From Bacilli bacterium (GTDB lineage: Bacteria; Bacillota_I; Bacilli_A; RFN20; CAG-826), in the NCBI GenBank assembly GCA_051872395.1, contig JBJEDU010000029.1, positions 9,358-73,357 of the forward strand: 64,000 nt of DNA, written 5' to 3'. Numbering within the stretch: position 1 is the stretch's first letter; every line of letters begins with the position of its first letter. A program made the translations under genes and the position numbers. Positions 19,108 to 27,883 of this stretch are shown here, piece by piece. Below the pieces are notes generated by a model. That model was not told the DNA's origin and ran no database searches. It saw only the letters and a list, made by a program, of their open reading frames with translations.

Positions 19108-21549
19108 TTAATACGCTGCTAATAAAGCACTATATGTATATGGAACATATGCTTTTGCAGCAAAAGTGATGTTAGCACTATTAGTTACACCATCAGCGAA
19201 ATGAATATGTAAAAATCCAGCAGCATTATAAGATGTTTCACCTTCAAATGTTTTTACAAGATCAATTTTTAACACTGTTGGGTTTTCTGAATCGGTTGAA
19301 ATTTCTTGATTCATATCTAAAGCGTTGCCATCAGTATCGTATACTTGACCAGCATTGACTGCTGGAGTAATTGAGCCTTCAATACGAAGTGAGGCAATAG
19401 TCGCTCCTGCTTCATCAGCAACTAAAGATAATTCAAGAACTTTAGCCATATTATCTTTTTGATTATACGCGCCAATATAAGAATATACTTCTAATTTAGC
19501 GGAATTTGGATTAGCGAGTTCAACATTATCAATTCTTGACCATTCACTGATGTAATATCTTGTATATGACATTTCAGTGATGGTTCCAGTAGAACCTTCA
19601 AATCCACCAGTATGTAAATCTGCATCAATTGTGCCAAAATTAGTGGCACTAATATCGATAGAAATTGTTAATGGATTTTCTTCATCAAAAGTTAATTCTT
19701 TTGAAATTGGATTTCCATCTAATCCAATTACTTTACTGTCTTTAAACCAGAATTCACCATTATCACAAGTAAATCTAAGCGAAGATAAATCTCCAGTACC
19801 TTTAATTGTAATATCAATTCTATAGGCATCTCCAATATAAATATATCCTCCATGAGCATAATTTGATAAATCAGGATTTGCATTTAATGGAATTGTTTCA
19901 GTTTGAACACCGACTGTGTCAGCAAAATAAATGCTATCAATTTCAACAGCGTTATTGAAATACATATCGATGAAATCATCATTTCCAATATCACTATTCA
20001 TTTCTTTTAAATCAATGATGTAATGAACAAATCCATCTTTTTGATATGGATAAGAGTCTAAATCAGTAGGAATGGATGATAAGCCTGGGCCTGCTAACCA
20101 ATCATGTGACCACATAGCGTTGCTGGCCGCACTGGCAAGTCTAAATCCTTCCATATTACCTTTTGCAACGATAACTAAATATCTTAATCCGCTGTGGACC
20201 GCAGTTCCGTTAGCTTCTTTTAAATTGACGTAACCACCTTCAGCAGGTTGAGCGATTTTAAGAGTACCATCACTAACTGAAATTAAATCTGGATTACTAT
20301 AAGATAAGGCAACACTAATACCATCTGGACTATAATCAGCGTTGCTGGCAGTATCCCAATCACCAGTAAATGATAATTGAGTTCTATTGAAGTTATCAAA
20401 GATAACTCTATTTTCAATGTCGATAAGTGGATATTCTTTTAAAGCTTCTTTATCTTTTAAATTAGTTAAGAAGATTTTTGAAATATTCAAATCAGTTGTG
20501 CTGGATAAAACTAATGTTTTTGTTAAAGATGTTTCAACAACAAAATCATAGAAAGCTCCGTTAACAGCGCCTAAATCAGTTGCAACATCGTTAACTTTTA
20601 AACCTTTTGAATCGCCGTTAGCTTCTAATACTAAATATTGATATTCAGCGTATTCATCTGGTAATTCAACTGTGTAACTACCGTTATTGATATTGACACC
20701 TTTGCGAACGATAAATCCGGTTGAATCACACCACCAAGGAGCAAATGTTGGGTTTGAATTAGTATTTGGATGATCAAAAACATCGATTGAAGTTTTTGTT
20801 GTACCTTTAACCATATAGACTTCACTTATTTCAATAACTTGAGATACTTCGGAACTATTTGAAGCATATAAATGGAAGCCTACCATTGTTTCTAATACTT
20901 TGATGCCACTTTTTGAACCATCTGGTAAAAGATATTCAGTAGTGTCATCTTCAATAGAGTTTCCTAAATCAATTTCAATATCTTGCCACTCTGTGGTTAA
21001 TTCCGCTACTTCTTCCATATCTGGATCAAAAGCATCTGCGAGATTGATTTCATATAAATTAACATTATCATCGCCACGTAAGCCAAGAATTAAGTCTTTA
21101 TTAGAAAGAGTGCCATTACCAACTTTTCTCATTCTAAAGCCAATAACATCTGGATGAGAACTTGTGAAAAGAGGGGCCGCAGTTTTATAAATTGATGCGT
21201 CCGCACTACATGGATAAACATCATGATCAGAATCTACCATTACGCGTAGTAAATTTTGATTCTCTGTTCCAATAAGTGTTCCTATTAATGTTTGAGATGA
21301 AAAGTCATCAACCATCAAGTCAAATTGCTCATTATATGTTCTTAAAAGAGCATCTTGGGCAACTTCACTAACGAATGGATCTTGGTGATCAACAACTACT
21401 TCTTGAGAGTCTCCGCCTTCACTAACATTTTCTGAAGTTTGTTCGCCACTATCTACAGTTTCTGAAGAAGAACTTGGTCCAGTTTTGTTACAACCAGTTA
21501 ATCCAAGGCCAACAAGAAGTAAAAGCGCAAGTAATTTTTTGTTTTTCAT
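19108..21549 (-). CDS. Large surface lipoprotein of unknown function (813 aa; Thr/Ser/Asp-rich, predicted beta-rich); possible glycan-binding or glycan-processing protein
   Basis: Lipoprotein signal MKNKKLLALLLLVGLGLTGC. It lies inside the GH65/ABC operon. I recognise no catalytic motif. Confidence 0.5.
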   Translation of the reverse strand: MKNKKLLALLLLVGLGLTGCNKTGPSSSSETVDSGEQTSENVSEGGDSQEVVVDHQDPFVSEVAQDALLRTYNEQFDLMVDDFSSQTLIGTLIGTENQNLLRVMVDSDHDVYPCSADASIYKTAAPLFTSSHPDVIGFRMRKVGNGTLSNKDLILGLRGDDNVNLYEINLADAFDPDMEEVAELTTEWQDIEIDLGNSIEDDTTEYLLPDGSKSGIKVLETMVGFHLYASNSSEVSQVIEISEVYMVKGTTKTSIDVFDHPNTNSNPTFAPWWCDSTGFIVRKGVNINNGSYTVELPDEYAEYQYLVLEANGDSKGLKVNDVATDLGAVNGAFYDFVVETSLTKTLVLSSTTDLNISKIFLTNLKDKEALKEYPLIDIENRVIFDNFNRTQLSFTGDWDTASNADYSPDGISVALSYSNPDLISVSDGTLKIAQPAEGGYVNLKEANGTAVHSGLRYLVIVAKGNMEGFRLASAASNAMWSHDWLAGPGLSSIPTDLDSYPYQKDGFVHYIIDLKEMNSDIGNDDFIDMYFNNAVEIDSIYFADTVGVQTETIPLNANPDLSNYAHGGYIYIGDAYRIDITIKGTGDLSSLRFTCDNGEFWFKDSKVIGLDGNPISKELTFDEENPLTISIDISATNFGTIDADLHTGGFEGSTGTITEMSYTRYYISEWSRIDNVELANPNSAKLEVYSYIGAYNQKDNMAKVLELSLVADEAGATIASLRIEGSITPAVNAGQVYDTDGNALDMNQEISTDSENPTVLKIDLVKTFEGETSYNAAGFLHIHFADGVTNSANITFAAKAYVPYTYSALLAAY

Positions 21550-21588
21550 AAACCAATCCTTTCTTAAAATTATATTAATTGTTTATGT

Positions 21589-24213
21589 TTACTCTGAATA
21601 TGCGGTAAATTCGGCTAATTGGCCACCATAGCCACCTTTATCGCTATTAGAGTAGATAACGACTTTTATATATCGGGCTTGAACGCTTTCATCAAGCCTG
21701 ACAATGTTGTTATTTCCAGTCATAGGATCAAATAAATATAATGTTGATTCTACCGCTGTGACAAATGTTGTATTGTTCTTATCGTAAGATAAATTATATG
21801 TTGATACTAAAATTTCAATCTCTTGACTTCTTGCTGACCACGCTAAAGAAGGAGAGAGGAATAAACCAAATGTTTTTAAATCATATATATCGCCTAAATC
21901 GATAACGAAATAAGCAGGTAAAGACTTACTTTCATAATAAGAAGTGCCAGTTGGATCGCCATCGTTGACACGATTAACTGTATACACATCATTGTGTTCT
22001 GTTGAATCTACAATAGGTTTATTAAATGTTAATGAAGGTTGATAAAATTCAACTTCGCTAATTTGATAATTCTTTGCATTTGTCGCACCATCGATTTTAA
22101 ATAATCGTAGTTGAATTCCATAATATTCCTGGGCAGTAATATTTATATCAATACAATTATTAACAATTGGTGACATTTCATATTCTTTTAATCCAACACT
22201 TCTCACATAGCTCTTTGTTGGATCTTTTAATACCCATACAGAAATTGTGTATTTAGAATAATATTTGTTACTTTCTAAACCAATAATTCTTAAAGTTCCG
22301 ACTGTAATGGAACGATTGAAATTGATTGTTATGGCCGCGAATTCATCTTCTTCATTAAACCATTCGCCATTTTGATAATAGGTTGATGGATCATTATCAT
22401 AAACATAATTTGCTGTATGATTTAATAGTGCAAATTCTCCGCTACCATCATCAGATTCTGATTTATTTGTCGTTCCTTTTCCATGAGTAGATGAATAGGT
22501 AAATCCATCAGTGGAAGCTTTTGAACCAATGAATGAACGTTCTCCTTCTTTCCAAGAGAATGATGGAGTTAATATTCCATCTTGCTCAACACTATTTATA
22601 GTTTTTATTTCAACATCATCACTATTTAGTTGAAGTTTATATGGAAGATAGATTTCTGCACCATGAACTTCTTCAGCTTCAAAATTAACATTTGAAACAT
22701 AATTATTAGTCGTTAATTTCAAATCTTTTGCGTTGCTTATATTTTTTCCTTCAATTTCTATTCCTTTAATAGAAACATTTTTGATCATCGATGTTTCACT
22801 TTCACCAAGCATTCGAGAACAAATTGAAGATTCGCCATTTTCTAATGTCTCCTCTTTATAAACTTTGACATTATGGATGTTAACACCATCAATTGAACCT
22901 CTATCACCACCCGATTCAGTCCATTCGACATTGTAAGCAATCGTAAAATCTACTAAGAAATCGTTTTCACCATCACTTTGATTATCACCAAACATCGCCG
23001 CATCTTCAATCGTGATATTTTCATATGTGACACCCGTGATTTCAGCTTCATCGCAGTTATGCATACTGATGACAGCTTTATGGAAATTGTGAAGAACAGT
23101 AATATTTTTGAAAGTGATATCTCTCATATACGCTCCATGGGTTTCATAGCCAACTTCCATGGATTGTGCTAAATCAGTCCAAACTGTAATTCCATCAAAA
23201 GTAACATTTTCAGTTGTTCCTAAATCATTGTTTTTTACGACTAAAGAATCATCCCAACTTCTTACAAATCCACCTTTGACATATACATCTTTACAACTTT
23301 GAACAGATATTCCATCGCTGTTTTGTCTTGCAGAAATAATTTTAATATTATTAATTGTCACATCTTCACATTTATATAAATTAATAACCCATCCTGCCGG
23401 ATTTAAAAATGTTAAATCTTCCAAAACAATATGTTTAGCGTTTCTTAAAACGACTGGAACAGTATAATCTATATCACTTGTTCTTGTATAGATATCTCCA
23501 GAAATAATACCGTGGCCTCGAATAGTTAGATTTTCAACGACTTCGCCATGAATATCACCATATACAAACGCTCCACCAGCGATATATATCGTCGTATTAT
23601 CTTTTACAGGTATCGTATCGGCTTTATATAAACCTGGACCGATATAAACGATATTATCGTCTTCGTTAGCCATCTCTTCTGTTATCGGATTTTCTTCAAT
23701 CCCATTCGTAAAAATATGAATCGCAGTTTTGTAATCGTTATTGTAAGTTAAAACGTAATTTGTTTGATAAGATAAATCAAAACTTAATTTATTTCCATCA
23801 ATTGAAATTGGAACTTGATATGCAAGAGGAGATAAAGAAGCAGTCGTAATTGTTTCATTAGTATTTATTTCTACATCGATATGAATTTTACCTTCAAAAT
23901 CAAACAAGACTACAGGAGCTTTAGTGTCTTCAGTACTCCAAGTAAATTGACGATTGTAATTAACTAATGTTTCGTAGACGAATAATTCTTGATCCTCAAC
24001 GAAAAAACGACATTTATCACTACTTGTTAATGTCTTTGGACCTTCATATATATTAATCTTAGTTTCATTAACTATTTTTTCACTTTCGATAAAGGTTGCG
24101 TCATAATCAACCGGTTTAGTGGCTATGGTGTTTTCTTTTTTACAGCCTCCTAATAAAAATGGCAGTATAAAAGAACATAAAATAAATAATCTAGTAAGCT
24201 TATTTTTGCTCAT
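21589..24213 (-). CDS. Surface lipoprotein with a beta-helix GH28-like putative glycosidase domain plus two C-terminal F5/8-type-C (CBM32-like) modules
   Basis: Lipobox ILPFLLGGC. The block QNSDGISVQSCKDVYVKGGFVRSWDDSLVVKN...WTDLAQSMEVGYETHG is paralogous to 8061..9731. C-terminal repeats (e.g. VNRVNDGDPTGTSYYESKSLPAYFVIDLGDIYDL) match the discoidin/CBM32 pattern. Confidence 0.6.
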   Translation of the reverse strand: MSKNKLTRLFILCSFILPFLLGGCKKENTIATKPVDYDATFIESEKIVNETKINIYEGPKTLTSSDKCRFFVEDQELFVYETLVNYNRQFTWSTEDTKAPVVLFDFEGKIHIDVEINTNETITTASLSPLAYQVPISIDGNKLSFDLSYQTNYVLTYNNDYKTAIHIFTNGIEENPITEEMANEDDNIVYIGPGLYKADTIPVKDNTTIYIAGGAFVYGDIHGEVVENLTIRGHGIISGDIYTRTSDIDYTVPVVLRNAKHIVLEDLTFLNPAGWVINLYKCEDVTINNIKIISARQNSDGISVQSCKDVYVKGGFVRSWDDSLVVKNNDLGTTENVTFDGITVWTDLAQSMEVGYETHGAYMRDITFKNITVLHNFHKAVISMHNCDEAEITGVTYENITIEDAAMFGDNQSDGENDFLVDFTIAYNVEWTESGGDRGSIDGVNIHNVKVYKEETLENGESSICSRMLGESETSMIKNVSIKGIEIEGKNISNAKDLKLTTNNYVSNVNFEAEEVHGAEIYLPYKLQLNSDDVEIKTINSVEQDGILTPSFSWKEGERSFIGSKASTDGFTYSSTHGKGTTNKSESDDGSGEFALLNHTANYVYDNDPSTYYQNGEWFNEEDEFAAITINFNRSITVGTLRIIGLESNKYYSKYTISVWVLKDPTKSYVRSVGLKEYEMSPIVNNCIDINITAQEYYGIQLRLFKIDGATNAKNYQISEVEFYQPSLTFNKPIVDSTEHNDVYTVNRVNDGDPTGTSYYESKSLPAYFVIDLGDIYDLKTFGLFLSPSLAWSARSQEIEILVSTYNLSYDKNNTTFVTAVESTLYLFDPMTGNNNIVRLDESVQARYIKVVIYSNSDKGGYGGQLAEFTAYSE

Positions 24214-24247
24214 TACTATTCCTCCACATATATTTTTTTACAATTTC

Positions 24248-24309
24248 ATTCTAACAATAAAAAAATCAAATAAAAAGTATAAGTTTATCGGTTAACAAAG
24301 GTTAACAAA
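24248..24309 (-). promoter_or_regulatory. Putative promoter of the ~16-kb glycan-utilisation operon (extended -10 TGTTAGAAT) with a tandem GGTTAACAAA x2 candidate operator
   Basis: On the minus strand, TGnTAGAAT is the reverse complement of 24248-24256. Two tandem 10-mers GGTTAACAAA (24290-24309), each containing the palindrome GTTAAC, lie 35-60 nt upstream of the -10 and 30 nt downstream of the LacI-family gene stop. Confidence 0.4.
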
Positions 24310-24339
24310 TAAAAATATTATTTTTTATAAAATAAAAGA

Positions 24340-25365
24340 TTAATTATATTTTTTTGTGGAATTTCTAATAACTAGCTCTGTTGGAACTTCAATTATTCGA
24401 TGTTCGATATTTTCGTTTTCAATTTCTTGTTTTAAAGTTTCCATTACTATTCTTCCTTTTTCTTCGATGTTTTGTCTTACTGTTGTCAAAGAAGGAAAAA
24501 CATATGTAACTTCTTTTATATCATCAAAACCGATGATGCTTAAATCATCTGGTATTTTCTTTCCTTTTAATTCATATTTATGGGTAATTCCGATAGCGAT
24601 AACATCCGCGCTACACACAATCGCGGTAACCTTATTATCTTCCATTATTTTATCCGCTACCGCTAAACCACCCTCAAAATCAGGATAGGAGATATATAAT
24701 AAATCATCTTCAACCTCAATACCATATTCTTTCAATGCATTTGAATAGCCTTCATATCTTCTTTTATCTAATTCTGATCTTGAAGCCGTTCCAACATAGC
24801 CTATCTTTCGATGGCCAAGTTCTAATAAATATTTTGTAGATTTATACATTCCACCTTTATCATCACTTCTAATATTTGTGTATTTAGAAAATTCTTCTGC
24901 GTAGACATCAATAAATATAAGAGGCATACGAAGTGATTCAACTTTAAAAGCTTCTTCAGTTGGGAATTTTCCAAGCATAATAATCGCATCAAAGTTACGA
25001 CTTAAAGCCCAGGAAATGAATTCATCTTGATTTTTATAGCCAAGCACTAAATCGTAACCAGAATCACGATTATTTTTTTCGATAGATGCAATAAATTCCA
25101 TATAGAAGGGATTTAATAATAAATTTGATGAATTATTATCGTTAGAAATAGGTAAAAATAATCCAATTAATCGACTTCTACCAGATGATAATCCTCTTGC
25201 GTTGACATCTGGCACATATCCTGTCTTTTCAATTTCATCCAAAATCTTTTGTCTAGTCGCTAAAGACATTTTGTTATATCTTCCAGTAACAACATAACTC
25301 ACTGTCGCAGGAGAAACATTCAAAGTTTTGGCAATTGTATAAATACTGACTTTTTTCTTTTCCAT
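24340..25365 (-). CDS. LacI-family transcriptional regulator
   Basis: N-terminal HTH VSIYTIAKTLNVSPATVSYVVTG followed by a periplasmic-binding-protein-like sugar-binding domain; 341 aa. Confidence 0.85.
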   Translation of the reverse strand: MEKKKVSIYTIAKTLNVSPATVSYVVTGRYNKMSLATRQKILDEIEKTGYVPDVNARGLSSGRSRLIGLFLPISNDNNSSNLLLNPFYMEFIASIEKNNRDSGYDLVLGYKNQDEFISWALSRNFDAIIMLGKFPTEEAFKVESLRMPLIFIDVYAEEFSKYTNIRSDDKGGMYKSTKYLLELGHRKIGYVGTASRSELDKRRYEGYSNALKEYGIEVEDDLLYISYPDFEGGLAVADKIMEDNKVTAIVCSADVIAIGITHKYELKGKKIPDDLSIIGFDDIKEVTYVFPSLTTVRQNIEEKGRIVMETLKQEIENENIEHRIIEVPTELVIRNSTKKYN

Positions 25366-25427
25366 TTATTTAATTTTATTAATTTATTGTTCATCAAACA
25401 ACAACAAGAATAATTAAAAACATAACC

Positions 25428-25467
25428 TGACAGTATGATTGCAACAATTATTTTAATAAATATCAAG
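25428..25467. repeat. Left copy of a ~37-40-bp imperfect direct repeat TGACAGTATGATTnnnACAATTATTT(T)AA..TCAAG
   Basis: TGACAGTATGATTGCAACAATTATTTTAATAAATATCAAG. The 13-mer TGACAGTATGATT is identical to that at 27721. It lies 63 nt upstream of the LacI start. Confidence 0.7.
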
Positions 25468-25664
25468 ATAGTTTATTTTAAATGAAAATTAACAAATGAA
25501 ACCAGTTTTGCTGCTGATTCGCTTTTTTGCCAAATCAATTATGGCTCTTTCTTTCTATTTTAGTCCAGACATCTGTCTGCGCTCTCATTTAGGAAAAATT
25601 AGTTTGCCATTAACATTTATTCGAAAAATAACATAATCAGGTTTGTTAGCCGCGCTTTTTTTAT

Positions 25665-26996
25665 TTACTTAAGCCTCATGTTTCTTTTTGAAGAAAGATT
25701 AAAATAAACAACAATCGGAACAGCTATCAAAGAAATAATAGCTGTTTTCCAAACTGAAAAATCGCTAATAAAATTAGAAGAGAAGAGGGTCAATAAAATG
25801 GGAATAATTTGTTCATTTATATTTTTTCTAAAAATAAAAGGGGTGTCACGATCTATTTTTACACATGAGTCAATATTCAGTATTCCAAGTTTTTTCCTTA
25901 AATTAATTGGAATCCCTGCAACAATATCTGCCGACATAGGCAAATTTGTTTTTTTAAATGATTCTTTTTCTTCTAATTCAAGCACTCTGCATTTAACCGT
26001 TTTATTCTTATAAGTTACTCTAACTTGATCCATCGAGGTTATTCCTAAAAGATTCATGTTATTTTCAGATAAACGAATAATATCCTTGCCTTCATCTATT
26101 TCATAAGGTCTTTTACAAGTTAATGAAATGGTACTTTTCCCAACATAAAAGTCGGATAACTTTAAAAGCAAATTTCTTCTTGCACCATTATTGAGGGATT
26201 CAATTACTGGGCAAAGTATTAAATTGCTATCTACAAATTTATTAATTATCTTTTTGACCTCATTTTTTTCATTAAAAGAAATATTATTTTTGACTATGCG
26301 AGACTTTTCATCATATGCACTTGTTATTAATTGCCAATCTTTAGAATCGATTTGTAAGTTATTTTGAAGTTGTGTCCAAACTAAATCAGGAATATAGTCT
26401 CGTAATTCAAACCCAAGAAAGATACGCTGAATTCTGCTAATTCTAATTACGCCTTCCGGCAATGAATCATCAATAACGATATGTTTCTTTTTGATAATTA
26501 TGTTTTCGCCAGTAGAAGTGTTGTGCAAAGAGAATAATCGATATTTACATGTTTGATAGTCAGGAATCATTGAATCGATAGTCTTTTTAGAAACAACTAT
26601 ATTATCTTCTTTTATTTTGTCTATTTTTTGTGTTTTAACTTTGTTAAATAGAGCGAAGCAATATCTTAATAAATAAAAGTCAGACTCTTCAGAACAATTA
26701 AATTTTGAATAAATGGTTGATGTTACTTGTATTTTATTTCCAACAAGAGATTCGGAAGGTAGTAAAAATAGTTCGATTTTTTCTCCAGAAGATTGACAAA
26801 ACAAGTAACAAACACCTCCAATTTGTTTATAAATATTTGGAGAAACATAAGCAAAATTCAATAAACTATTAATTGGATTAATTGTATTTTCACTAATCGA
26901 AACATTAATAGCACCAGAAAAAGCATCGGTATATTGTTTTTTTCCGACCATAATCACAGCATTTTTGTTGTCAATTATTATTTTAGTTTCTTTCAT
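25665..26996 (-). CDS. Hypothetical protein, 443 aa, with one C-terminal transmembrane anchor; no recognisable family
   Basis: The ORF overlaps the upstream gene by 14 nt, which indicates an operon. A C-terminal hydrophobic helix (WKTAIISLIAVPIVVYF) is followed by a basic tail. Confidence 0.5.
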   Translation of the reverse strand: MKETKIIIDNKNAVIMVGKKQYTDAFSGAINVSISENTINPINSLLNFAYVSPNIYKQIGGVCYLFCQSSGEKIELFLLPSESLVGNKIQVTSTIYSKFNCSEESDFYLLRYCFALFNKVKTQKIDKIKEDNIVVSKKTIDSMIPDYQTCKYRLFSLHNTSTGENIIIKKKHIVIDDSLPEGVIRISRIQRIFLGFELRDYIPDLVWTQLQNNLQIDSKDWQLITSAYDEKSRIVKNNISFNEKNEVKKIINKFVDSNLILCPVIESLNNGARRNLLLKLSDFYVGKSTISLTCKRPYEIDEGKDIIRLSENNMNLLGITSMDQVRVTYKNKTVKCRVLELEEKESFKKTNLPMSADIVAGIPINLRKKLGILNIDSCVKIDRDTPFIFRKNINEQIIPILLTLFSSNFISDFSVWKTAIISLIAVPIVVYFNLSSKRNMRLK

Positions 26997-27654
26997 AATG
27001 TACCCTTAATAGATCGATAACTTTTTCAAAAGCATTAATCATATTTTTAATCTTAGTTGTTTTATAAGAATCATCGTTCTCATTAAAAAGAAGGCTAGAA
27101 TTCATTTCAATTTGTAAGCAATCAATGTTTGTGTTTGAATGAATATACGAAGAAACTGTAAACGGATAAAATGCACCATAAGGAACATCAACAGAAATAT
27201 TTAAAAAGCCATTGCTTTTGAAAATATTGATTATTTTATTAACGAGTTCTTTATTGGGAAAGTTATTATAGTTTGCAGTGCCTAAATTAATTTCAACTTC
27301 CCTTGTTGAAGACAACATATGTAAGTCCAAAAGGCATGATATTTTTTTGAAGTTGATGTAGTTAATTAATGAATATTTATAATCCGATTTTTCATCATAA
27401 TTTGCATCGTCATTTTTAAAATAAGTTTTCAAAATAAGAGGTACTTGCTTTTGTTTATTCAAAAACAAGCCAATAATACCAGTTTCTGGTTCAGCATTCT
27501 TTATGTTGCCATCACGAAGTTGTTTAACGGCGTGAGGGCAAGAAACCATAACTTTTCCTATTCCATCAAAAATTACAAAAGAATCCCCATTTTCATTTCT
27601 AATAAATTGGGAGTATGCTTTAATCTCATTATAAAAATCCATATTTTTAATCAT
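26983..27654 (-). CDS. Hypothetical 223-aa protein; tentatively a divergent member of the N-formylglutamate-amidohydrolase (FGase/HutG-like, PF05013) Zn-hydrolase family
   Basis: KVMVSCPHAVKQ is close to the family's h-h-S-x-P-H-x-G box. LDLHMLSS resembles the (W)DAHS box, and CLQIEMNSS resembles AVQLE. All three are in the expected order and spacing. The assignment is by recall only. Confidence 0.4.
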   Translation of the reverse strand: MIKNMDFYNEIKAYSQFIRNENGDSFVIFDGIGKVMVSCPHAVKQLRDGNIKNAEPETGIIGLFLNKQKQVPLILKTYFKNDDANYDEKSDYKYSLINYINFKKISCLLDLHMLSSTREVEINLGTANYNNFPNKELVNKIINIFKSNGFLNISVDVPYGAFYPFTVSSYIHSNTNIDCLQIEMNSSLLFNENDDSYKTTKIKNMINAFEKVIDLLRVHYERN

Positions 27655-27720
27655 GACTATAATTATATATTTTTTTAAGTGAAACCGAAATCAATCTTCA
27701 ATAAATTATGAAATGTTAGT

Positions 27721-27757
27721 TGACAGTATGATTTAGACAATTATTTAAAAAATCAAG
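27721..27757. repeat. Right copy of the direct repeat
   Basis: TGACAGTATGATTTAGACAATTATTTAAAAAATCAAG, 67 nt upstream of the 223-aa gene start. Confidence 0.7.
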
Positions 27758-27883
27758 TCATATAAAGCGAACTTGGTATTTTGTTGTATTTATCTTGTCA
27801 TCTAACAAAACAAATAAAAACACTTCTTTTAAACATATAAGTTACTAAAAATTAACTATATCTTAAAGAAGTGAATAATATTT

